Positions 24,204 to 34,899 of a stretch of DNA of 64,000 bases are shown here, one piece after another. Source of the stretch: Camelus ferus (Eukaryota); the NCBI RefSeq assembly GCF_009834535.1, contig NC_045696.1:23872001-23936000 (forward strand). Reading direction: 5' to 3'. The position numbers and the translations under genes are program-made. Below the pieces are notes generated by a model. That model was not told the DNA's origin. It searched no databases and saw only the letters and a program-made list of their open reading frames with translations. Every line of letters starts with the position of its first letter. Positions within the stretch are counted from its first letter, which is position 1.

Positions 24204-24217
24204 AGTTCAAAAGGTCA
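24204..24217 (+). promoter_or_regulatory. DR2 retinoic-acid-response-like element AGTTCAaaAGGTCA
   Basis: Two perfect RGKTCA half-sites with a 2-bp spacer. Confidence 0.4.
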
Positions 24218-25829
24218 GAAAAAGATAACAACCCAATTTAGGTTAAGCTAAGGCACATATATGCTGGAGGAAAATAAATGTTAAATAGAAAATCATATCT
24301 GAAATTCAGATCACATTTAGATGCACAAAAAAGTGTTAAGAGCATTTGGAGGGTGATTGTGTTCCAATTAGATTTCTTTCACTCGCATCAACCAGTCTTG
24401 GTGGGCAAGTTAATCATATGATTTACAGGGCTCTTGATGGACTGAAAGGAGGAAGCAAATGAGAAGGAGAAGGAACTGATAATATAGCATTTCTAAGAAG
24501 ACCATCAATTACAAAGTTTGGTCTCAGAGTGGAGTTGAGGTAAGTTAAAAGAAAAATCAAAATTGTTTACATTTTGTTCTTTTTTGTGTGTGATATCATT
24601 CACTGGAGACTGTTTTTGAAGAATAGAAAAAAAACAGATAAAGAATTCCAAGTTTTATATAATCCTTAAAGAGACTGCAATCCTAAACCAGAGATTTCTT
24701 AAGGTTTAGAGTTGCTTCTCAGGGGTTCCCTGTGGATAGGCTGGAGGTGGGCATAGCAGAGCACGGATTTATCACAGTCCAGGACAAATATCAGTATGCA
24801 TGTTTTGCTTATAAGAAACTCAAAGAAACTGGCTGTATCAAATTGCCCTTGGGCTTATTTTGGGAAAAAGCAATAATTAGGTGAACAACATGAAGCAAAA
24901 CCACATTTCAAAGCTGAACCAAGAAAAGAAGTAGGTTTTGATATTTGCTTCCTTCAAAACCCAAAGGACAACACATAATCTGAAGAGGAATATAAATTGG
25001 AGATCTGGGGACAGATCTAACAAGTTCTTTGTTTTCCCCAAAGGTCTTGATATATGAGCAGTATTGAACTGGTACCAGTTTTATAAGACCTGATAGGTGA
25101 TAGTTGACTCTGGAAATACTGAAAAGCACACAGTCTACTCACATGTCCACAGATTCAAGGAAAATTTCACATTGCCATGGTGGCTTTTATTTCCTCTTAT
25201 CTGTATAATGACTAATAAAGGCCACATACATTGTTTGACAGACTCCTGAGATTACTAGAAATATTTTGTTGCGAACTCTTTTGACAATTTTCTTTGAATC
25301 TCCTTGTTCTCTTCACACAATGGGTGATTCATCAGAGATCATAATTAGGAAAATTACAAAAAAGGAGACTCAACTGAATATTTTCATTTTAGTGACATTA
25401 CCACAGTCTTAGGTGACTTCCAATGTACTTGTTTATGCAATAATATCTTTTGATATTCTAGCAGTGTTGGTCTTAAAAAATATTTCCATCATCCTGGTGC
25501 ATAAGGTGACATTAGGGACAGAAATAGTTACGAAAAAACCACTAGGACTTATGATGTAAATATGTATATAAGATCTTTTCATATTGCAGATTACATAAAT
25601 TTGAATTAAGTGACTTTTAAAAACATTGATTATTGATCTGATAAATTATTATATCCATTAGGGCCTTTTGTGTAAATAACAATTTTTAAAATGCATGCCT
25701 CTTTATAATAAAAATTCTTATGAAATGTACTTATGGTCTCTTGCATGCTGAATAGCCACTTTTCAACATTAAATGTCTTGGCCAAAAATACATTTTAAAA
25801 TTAAGAACCATTTAAATTATACAACTACC

Positions 25830-25884
25830 AAAAAAAAAAAAAAAAAAAAAAAAAGAAAAAGAAAAGAAAAAAAAGAAGAAAAAA
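25830..25884 (+). repeat. Poly-A / A-rich tract
   Basis: A25 followed by (GAAAA)-like units. Confidence 0.95.
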
Positions 25885-28149
25885 GCTCTCCTGGAATTAT
25901 TCAGCATGTACTTTAACACTTACATTACTTTAAAATGACCAAGATAGTTTGTTTTAAACCCCTGTAAACATGACTTACATATTTGCTAAATGACAAGCCA
26001 TTCCATGCTCTACCAAAAAAGAAAATTATACATTTTATTGTGATGCTGATCTCTATTTTGGAACATTTATAGGTGTCCAGGAAACTTATGTAGTGATAAG
26101 CTACATTCATAAAAGCACATGCAGCATGGAAATATGTCATCACTCTGAAAAGAAATGTGTTTAGTCTGTGCTGAGGATGAAGACTGAGCCTCATCCTTCA
26201 TAGCTTTTTGTAACTCATCTTAGTGTGATGATAAAAATAGAGAATGTGCTTCCATTTGTTAAATGTTCTATAAGTCATATTGATGAATTAATTAACAAAC
26301 CATCCTTGCCTCCATGGTAACTTCCTTGAGGACCGGAAACAGCTACAATTTATTTATTTTCACATACCAGTAATATCATGCTTGATAAATGTTTGGTGAA
26401 TGAATGTAATGAAAATTGAAAGCCTGTGTCTAAAAGGAAGAAAACTTTTCTACTTAAAGGACAGGACTACAGGTATCAGAAAGAAAATATCTTTCTATGG
26501 AGTCTGTTTTAGAATCATACAGTGTTTGAAGTTGAAAAATTTCACTGAATGTTAAAGCAATTATATCTACACGTTCAACATCACGTTCACTCAATTTTCA
26601 TACATGTCAGAAGTTTGAAAATCTATTTTTTAAAATTGGGTTGCCTCCCTCCCTCAGTTTGAGGCTTTTCATCTTTCAGGGATGAAGATCTAGCTCTCTA
26701 TTCTTACTTGTTTACCTAATTTGGCACAAAGTCCATAGGCAATTTTCACGGATCAACCTTACCTGGGAGTTGAAAAGGGAATTGCTTCTCTAAACTGTTT
26801 GACTCACTTGGTTTGAGCGCTGTGTTAATGAGGCCAGAGCAATGCACTTTCTCTTTGTAGCCACACTCTGGCCTCTTAGCTTCTTTCGTTGCTCTCATTG
26901 ACAGGTCAGGAGAGAGGAACAGAACTCAGCACCCCTGAAACAGCAAGTCACTGCATAGGCTCTCCTCTCAGATGGCCATTAGCATTGCTTTTTTTACAGG
27001 AAGGACAGCGTGATGATAATTCCTCTCAGGTCAGCCCTTGACGATACAGTACTATGATTAAGGGACGCATAAAGCTAGACCCGGCCTTTGAGTTACCCCT
27101 CCTCCCCACCCTACTTCCTATTCAATAAATGCAGAAGAATGAATGAGATGTTAGAAGTAGAAATCACTATTACAAAAAAAAAAAAAAAAATTCCTGAATC
27201 ACCACAAGTGCATCAATATGGGATAATTTAGCAGGTTAATAGCCCAAGTTGAAACCTGTTTTTAATGTCATGTGAACTCTGAAAGATCCTTGCATTTCTT
27301 TGGAGTCAAGATAAATACCCTGTATTGTGTAAATGTTTACACTGGTATGAGATTCTTGCTAGAACTTAAACCAGCCCAGGGCCCCCAGCTGGCATGAGCA
27401 CAGGGGTGGGAAGCATGACTGTGGTGAGCTTACTCACCGCGGATTCTTCCTCAGGTCACTGAGCTCCATAATTACTGAAGGATCTACATCCAGTGCCAAT
27501 AGTCTGGGCCTCTCTTGAGATTCCCGGGCGGTGTGCTGTTTTAGTGCCAGTTCTCTTTGCCACCTGCTTCACATTTAACCTGCTGTTTTGTTCCCATTGT
27601 TGTTGTTGGTTTTGTTGCCACTGTTACCTTTATTAGAGCATCTTTTTTGTTCTAAGTGTTGATGTTCTCAAAATAATCCTAAACCTGTAAGTATCTGAGG
27701 TATATCAGATGCTCAGTAGAAAATGGAATTGACAACCCTCGTAGGAACATTATTTATTAAAAGCCCAATAAATAGGAATTGTCCTGCATAAAATAAATCT
27801 GATAGGCAAACACAAAGAATTCCTGTAAAATAATTTAAAGTAATTGCTAAGCCCAGTGGACTTCAATATGACAAACACATTCTAGCAAATATCATATCAA
27901 TGAAGGTGCATGTGTGGGGAATTTGGGAATTAATCTTAACCCAAAAGGGAAGTCTGGTTTTCACCCAGTAGACACTAATCAGACAGCTAAATCAGAATTT
28001 AAACTGGATTTCCTTCACATTGGTTGAAACCTAGGCAGTTCTGGTTCTTTAATATTTTAATTATTATCAGATCTAGAGGAACTTCTAAAATAAATGCCTG
28101 ACTGTTGTTAAATAAGAGTATACTGTACACTCCACTGGCTCTTCTTAAA

Positions 28150-28245
28150 ATTTCACAGCCACACTGGGAAGTAAGCAAGCAGGATTCATTATCCCCACCT
28201 GAGCGATGAAGAAATAAGATTTAGAGAGCTTGGAGGGCGCTTGTT
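28150..28245 (-). mobile_element. MIR fragment
   Basis: 'ttcacagccacactgggaagtaag...attatccccacctgagcgatgaagaaa...ttagagag'. Confidence 0.6.
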
Positions 28246-28779
28246 TTGTGTTTTTCCCACACTAGTAAACCATTATTCCTCCCGGTCTACGCACGCATAG
28301 CAATGAGTTCAGTCCCCTGACACTGCAGCTCTATTCTGTTTACAAGTGAAGCCCAAAGAAATGATTCTTTCAGGCTGCGGGCACCATTTTTTACATTAAA
28401 AAGAAACACTCTGTCTCCGCTGGCAGAGTCCCTAACAACTGTCAATATGCTTGAGTGAGAGGAGGTGAAATGAGGAGCTGGGAGGAGGTGCTGGTTCCTG
28501 GCCTCCCCTGTTGGAAAGCTTTGCCTGGACCACCTTTCTTCTCAGGGCCTTGGTCTCCCCATCTGTGAAACGAGGAGACGGCTGGAGGCAAATTGTGCCA
28601 CTTGGTTTAAGCCCTCCCGTCCTCCACCCCATCGTGCTCCTTGGCTCCTGAGTCTAATGCATGCTTGGGTCTCTCTAAAGCTGCTTTTGAGAAGGGTAGG
28701 AAGCTGTTTCGCTAAGAAAGCAATCGAGGGTACCAACTTAAGGGCTACTTCTGAGGAATATTTGCATTAAAATTAATGT

Positions 28780-29160
28780 CTGGAAGGCGAGATTTCAGGA
28801 GGCATCCACTCGCGTGCGGTAAGAAGAGCACACTTTGTAGGATGGTGTGGGAGGCGAGGTAGTCACCCAGGTGTGCCACCCTGATTCTCTCTCGGGGAAG
28901 GAGATGCCGCCCCTCTGCAGGGCAGGTGGTTAGCACAGCGCCGCCAGCCGGCAGCCCCGTCTGGGTCAGCCTCAGCTGCAGATTTGGCTCCTTCACCGGG
29001 GTCCTGCCCTTCCTGGGTTACCTGCTTCCAGTGGCAAGCAAAGGTGTAGAAATGCAAGGACCCTGCCACTTGACGCCACGAAGAGGAACAGGAGAAGGGA
29101 ACCCCCTCTTCGGATCTCCTTTCCAGGATACCTGACGCTTTGGTTGGTCTCTGTCGTTAC
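28780..29160. promoter_or_regulatory. GC/CpG-enriched patch (weak CpG-island-like)
   Basis: About 17 CpGs in ~380 bp by manual count, roughly 60% GC against an AT-rich background; octamer ATTTGCAT at 28760-28767. Confidence 0.4.
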
Positions 29161-29274
29161 AGATTAGCTTGTCTCCACCTACCAATAATGGGGGTCTGGA
29201 CTGTGCTGGGGGAGGGGGAACTTAGGAGAGGAGGTGCTGTAGACAAAGACAAGGTACTTAGATAATCTATTTTT

Positions 29275-29438
29275 AAATAATAACTTCTTTTATTTTATTA
29301 TTTGTGTGTGTGTGTTTTGGTAGGGGGTAGGTAATTAGGTTTACTTACTTATTTATTCTAAGAGAGGTACTGGGAATTGAACCCAGGACCTCATGAACAC
29401 TAGGCACGCGCTCTACCACTGAGCTATACCTTCCCCCC
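29275..29438 (-). mobile_element. Camelid tRNA-derived SINE (Vic-1 type)
   Basis: Reverse complement of 'gggaaggtatagctcagtggtagagcgcgtgcctag...ggtcctgggttcaattcccagtacctc'; Pol III A/B boxes; 11-bp TSD aatctattttt at 29264-29274 and 29440-29450. Confidence 0.9.
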
Positions 29439-30349
29439 AAATCTATTTTTTGAAACCTCATTTGATGCTGAGATGTGAGGAAACACGTGTCCAAAGGGCC
29501 GCAGCAAGATGCAGATAAAGCAGGAAAACAGGGACATTATCGGTGTTTTCGGAGGAAGATACTAAACGGAGAGGTCCTGTGAGAGCTTGCCTTGTGATGG
29601 CGGGGGCTCATCTGGGAGGCCTTTAGGAAACGTCAGGGTCAGAAGACCCTCTCGCTGGCCCCCTGTCACCCCAAGTTTCTGTTTAGGACTCTCTCAGGGA
29701 TAGCGCCCAGTTCCCATCAAGAGGCATAGTACATTTATGGCCGCAGACCTGGCTTCTAGATTACTCCCAGATTTTAGTTTTCCTTCAGAGTTCTACAGGA
29801 AACTTCGCGGGCTGTGTTTGGCTTCTTGTCACCGTACATACTTCTGTCACACTGAAAATGTGAATTCTTTAAGGACAAAGCTAATAACATGATAGTTTGA
29901 TTTCCTAGGTTTTACAGAGCAAATCACACTATCTTTTCTTGTTTAAGAGGCAGGGAACATGGAACAGTGCAGAAAAGAGTGCTCAGTGTCAGCGGGTGTC
30001 CCATGAACAGTCCACGGAGAGGTCAGAGCTTGATGTCAGAGGTCAGGAGAGATACCACATGACTTTCTAATGAATTCCAAAGAAACACTGGCAATCTGAA
30101 CAAGAAGCCTTTACTACTGTGGCAATTATTACTGTTTAAGGAGGAGCCATTCTTGATGATTACGCTAGTATCATCCAAAAATGGAGCTTTTGAGTTTGTT
30201 CCAGTTTTTGATAAATTGATTCTTACTGAAGAGGATGAAAATCTCCAAGTAAGCATTCAGTGTCTTAACACATTACCTTCTTACCTAGAGGCAGCTTGAC
30301 CCATCGTCTTAAGTGAAGGGCTAGAGGCCAGGAATTCTGAGACTGGAAA

Positions 30350-30570
30350 TAGTCTAGTGGAAAAGCAGGGGTGATGGGGCATGATTTAAACTTGAATCTC
30401 ACTTTGCCACCTAACTGACTTGGAACCTAGAGCCATTTAAACTACCTCTCCAAGCCTCAGTGACTTAATCTGGAACAACACTTGCCTTGCAGAGTGATTG
30501 TAAACTTTAGGTCATATGTGCTTCATACCAGGACATATTAGGTGCACAAAAAGTATTGACTTTTCTTACT
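30350..30570 (+). mobile_element. MIR SINE
   Basis: 'gtctagtggaaaagca...ttgaatctcactttgccac...ctctccaagcctcagt...ttgccttgcagagtgattgt'. Confidence 0.7.
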
Positions 30571-31309
30571 GCTTGTTGATAATCTAGAGCAAGTTCATGC
30601 TCCATGAGAGGCAGTTTTCTGTATCAAACTGATGCTTCTTGTGAGAAATTAATAATTAAGTGGTTATTAATGTTTTTATCATTATGATATACCAGAAAAA
30701 TACTTACCAACTGAAGTAACATGACACTCATAGTCCCATTTGGAGTTGCTAGACTCATAAATAAAGCATGTTTTTCCCACTGTGACATCAATACAATCAG
30801 ATTCATATTCTTAATACACTTTATGTTTATATGCATTGTTTTATGCATTATATTTTTAACTATAAATCTAGTTAATATAATATCTTCTATTACTTTTTAA
30901 TTCCAATTTCAGAGACATGTTTCCACTTCCCAATATTTGCCTCTTATCTATAATAAAAGTCACTATCTTCTTAAAGATGTTTTGTGCCAATATGCAGTTT
31001 CTGTATATTTTATTCTCAAGGATGTATCCTCTGAGAAAAATTGGTAAGAGTTGCAGTGGGAAACACTTACCTTTGGGGTACTCATCAAGAATATACGTAA
31101 ACCAAAAGACAACCTTCATTGCATCCTCATTGTAATTTCCCAATGAGGCTCCTGAAAAGCTTTAACAGTCACATCGATTAAGGCTGAAATGTAATTTATT
31201 AGCTTGAACAGTCACATGGAGATCCTTTGTGGATGAAATGATAGAATTCATGTACAGTGTAAAGGGTTATCATCTTTTTTAAAAATCATGATTGGCTTAT
31301 AAAACTGTT

Positions 31310-31632
31310 AGTAATGTAGTAGAGAACACTAAAATCCATGGCTTTGGAGTCAGACTTATCTTCCAATATTGGCTCCAAAACTCATTGCTTGTTTATATTT
31401 GGGGACATTGCTTACCATTTTAGAGCCTCAGCTTCCTCTTCTGTTCAGATTGTGCCAGTAATGCTAATATTTCATAACGAAGTTGTGAAGTGGTAAAGAA
31501 TTCATGTAGGGCACGTAGGGTGCTCCCTGACACACAGTAGCTGCTCAATTCATAGCTATACTTATTACCTGTTTCTTCATCTTTAAAACTGGTAATAACC
31601 CCACTACAATAAGGTTATTGTAAGGACAAGAT
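31310..31632 (+). mobile_element. MIR SINE plus a second MIR core fragment
   Basis: 'catggctttggagtcagac...agcctcagcttcctcttctg...cctgacacacagtagctgctcaat', then 'gtttcttcatctttaaaactggtaataa'. Confidence 0.75.
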
Positions 31633-31639
31633 GGCAGGT

Positions 31640-32110
31640 GACATACGGGTGCTATGAGAACACAGGGGAGAGTAACTCCCTGGAGGAGGAGGCTTCCTAG
31701 AGCAATGATGTCTCATCTGAAAGGTGAAGACTGTCTAGCATTAGCCAGGTGAGAAGGGTGGATGAAATATGTCTTAAATGAAGTGACTAACCTTGAATAA
31801 CATTTTCTTTATGATTTTATCATATCTGTAATACCATCCCTTGTAATATATGCTCAGATCAAAAATTACATTTTATTCAGCATTGAACCTTCCCAGCATA
31901 CCCCAGTCCTTCTAAGACCAGCAGTAACAGAAGGCTTCACACATATTAGGTAAGTCAGTAAACATTTGTTTAATCCTATGTGGTATGTCCATATATTATT
32001 GTTTTCCCCACTTTAGAGACAGAGGAACACATCTTCTGAGAGGGTAATCGTTCAACCAACCTGTGTCATCAATAAGTCAGAGTGCAGAGGAGACCCAGAA
32101 TAGATGTCTC
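31640..32110. mobile_element. Mixed L2 and MIR fragments
   Basis: 'gtgctatgagaacacagggg...gaggcttcctagag' (L2, minus); 'agtaaacatttgttt' (L2 end); 'ccccactttagagacagaggaa' (MIR, minus). Confidence 0.5.
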
Positions 32111-32269
32111 CTGGTATATTCTATGGCAATTTCTGCTAGTTATTCCAAAATATCTTTCTTTTTCTTTTAAATTTAATTTCATTTTTTTTCTCCTTTTTAA
32201 TTTTTAAAAAATCTATGTTACTTTTCTTTTGAGGGCACACTTAGTCAGAACAAAATTAAGGGATTACTG

Positions 32270-33375
32270 ATAATAACCCATAACAATAAAAGAAAAAACA
32301 GGTAAATTGGACTGCATCAAAATGAAAAACTTTAGTGCTACAAATGATACTATCAAGAAAATGAAAAAGAAACAAACAGAATGGGATAAAATATTTGCAA
32401 GTCATGTATCTGATAAGTGACGATTATTTAGAGTATATAAAGAATTTCCAGAAATTAATAAGAAGACAAATTATTCAATTTAAGAATATGTTTTAAAAAT
32501 CCTATTTAAAAGGATTTAAATAGCCATGCAAAGAAGTTGTGTAACTTGCCAAGAAGCACATGAAAAATGCTCAATTCATTATCCATTAGGGAAAAATAAA
32601 TGAAAGCCACAATGAGCCACCAGTCCACATCCACTAGGTTGGCTACAATCAAAAACAAAAAAGAAAAAAGTTGGAAGGAAGGAAGGAAGGAAAGTAAGAA
32701 GAAAATAAGAAAATAATGAGAGTTGGAAAGAGGGGGAAATTAAAACCCTCATATATTGTTATTGGAAATGTGCAATTATGCATCCACTTTGGGAAATAAT
32801 TCAGGAGTTGTTCAGAAAGTTAAAGATAGGGTTCTCATGTTTAACTTCGCTATGACTCAGCAATTTCATTTCTAGATACATACCCAAGAGAAATGAAAAC
32901 ATTTATCCACATAAAAATATGTACGTAAATGTTCCTAAGCAGCATCATTACTAATAGCCAAAAGGTGGAAATAACTCAATATCCATCTACTGATGAAAAT
33001 ATGATATGTCTATACCACAGACTATTACTCAGCAATAAGAAAGAATGAATTACTAATACATGCTACCACAGGGATAGACCTTGAAAAACATATTAAGTGA
33101 AAGAAGGCAATCACCAGAGATCACATGTTGTGTGATTCAATTTTATGAAAGTCCAGAACATTTAACTCTCTAGTGCCAGAGTGTAGACTGGAGTGCCTTG
33201 AGCTAGTAGGGAGGGGTGGAGTATGGAGAGTGACTCCTAATTAGCAAAGGAATTTTGGGAGTGATGACAATGTTTTAAACTTAGATTGTGGTGATGAATA
33301 CTCAACTCTCTCAATATTTTAAAACCATTTAATTTGGTGATATGTGAATTACAGATCAATTAAAATGTTTTTGAA
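32270..33375 (+). mobile_element. LINE-1 3' fragment (L1MB7/8-like)
   Basis: 'aattggactgcatcaaaatgaaaaacttt', 'atgactcagcaatttcatttctagatacatacccaagagaaatgaaaaca', 'ttagattgtggtgatg...gatatgtgaattac'; internal (GGAA)n near 32672. Confidence 0.9.
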
Positions 33376-34899
33376 ACCAAAACTGTACAGGGAGGGGCTC
33401 ATGGACCTTTGTCAAAAGATGGTGGAAACTCCAAAACTCAGTGTACTCCTGAGGTCCTTTGGAAACATTATTGATGTTTTAAGAAATTTATGTATGCATG
33501 AATTCAAAACATCCTGATGTATAAATAAAACTACTTTTTTTTTATTTAAGTGAAACTGGATCGAGTAAATTTAAAATGAAATTTAAGTGATATGATACCA
33601 TTGCAGAGTTGCTTGACTTTCTACATTTATCATGTTCAATTTTTATAGCATCTTCTGAATTGCTCTTCAGGTATGTAAAGTTGTGGTTCTATTTTGCTGG
33701 ACAATATTTAAGTATTAAGGAATCCTACCCGGCAATTACAGTCATAGATGGATATCCTATTTTTCTAACTCACAGTAATGGATACACCTCCATTAACATA
33801 ATAAGATTGTTTTGTAACATTTTAATGCACCAGCTGGACACAGAAAACAATTCTGATGTCTTATCCACTGTCCTTTAAGGCCTGGTCTAGAAACTTGTTT
33901 TTTTTCCTTACCATTTGAATAATATCTTGAGAATTCCATTAAAAACAAAAAACTTAGTCAATTTTCTTTACAAAGATAATCCCATTTTGTCAACTAAAAC
34001 ATCTAGTCTGAGGTCATACTCAAAGTTCTAGACTCATGCCTAGTTAGTACTCCTTCCTCTCACAGCTCACTGCTGCCTTGTGCCTGGACACCTGGGGGAG
34101 GGAAAGGGTGGGCAGATACATCCCCCTCTTCAGCCTCTTCACTAACTATGGTTTCTAATCCCTCCAGATCAGGGTGAGGACTGTGGATCAGAGACCTGGA
34201 GGGAGAATTTGAAATCACTCAGCCAAGAGGGCATGAAGGGACTGAAATCCTGTTCCCCAACCCCGTGCCTTGGCCTGGGCTATGTCCATCAGGAAGAAGA
34301 GACATCCCTCGAATCTGCAGATGACTTCTCTCGCTTCACAATCCTTTTTGCCCATGGGGTAGGGTTGCATCTATTCAGAACAGTACTATTTACTCTTCTT
34401 TTTAAACTAGGAAATTTTCAACATTCTTAAGATAGAACTCCTGTATACCATCACTCACCTTAAACAAGGACCAAATCTTGGGGTATGTGTTTTCATTTCA
34501 TACAAAGGAATTATTTTACAGGCTACCAGAAGCCTTGAATGCAAGGTGTGTATAAACTTGCTTAAATGACTGTCTCCTTGACACAGTGCCTCCCCGTTAC
34601 GTAACCCCTCTCTCCACAATCCTCACCACTTGCCTAAATAGCCCTGTCCTGACTGCCCTGGTGTACTCCATCCATCCTTTGAAAACCCATCACACTCAGT
34701 ATCAGTTCATTGGGAACTTTTCTAACGAGAATCTATGTTCTTCCCATGTTTTCTCTTCCTTCTTTCTTCTTCCCTCCCTTCTATCCTCATCCCTTCCTTC
34801 CTCCCTTGTTTGCTCTCTTCCTCCTCTTCTCCCCTTGCTCTTTATGTCCAACCTAACTTTTATTTCCATCTAATATATGTACTTAGTTTCAAAACTCAA

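Noticed and set aside
25830..25884. Poly-A tail of a processed pseudogene
   Set aside because: No recognisable mRNA, SINE or LINE body upstream and no clear TSD
28900..28925. CTCF site (cctgcagaggggcggc on minus)
   Set aside because: An extra G breaks the core CCASYAGRKGGCR register; only a partial match
30063..30255. Open frame '...KEEPFLMITLVSSKNGAFEFVPVFDKLILTEEDENLQ' ending at a donor-like CAA|GTAAGC
   Set aside because: No convincing upstream acceptor, no recognisable homology and no partner exons; a tBLASTn/BLASTX hit would be needed to reinstate it
33649..33670. 22-nt micro-exon candidate (tttttatag|...ttcag|gtatgt)
   Set aside because: Length not a multiple of 3, no host gene evident, and such motif pairs are frequent in AT-rich DNA
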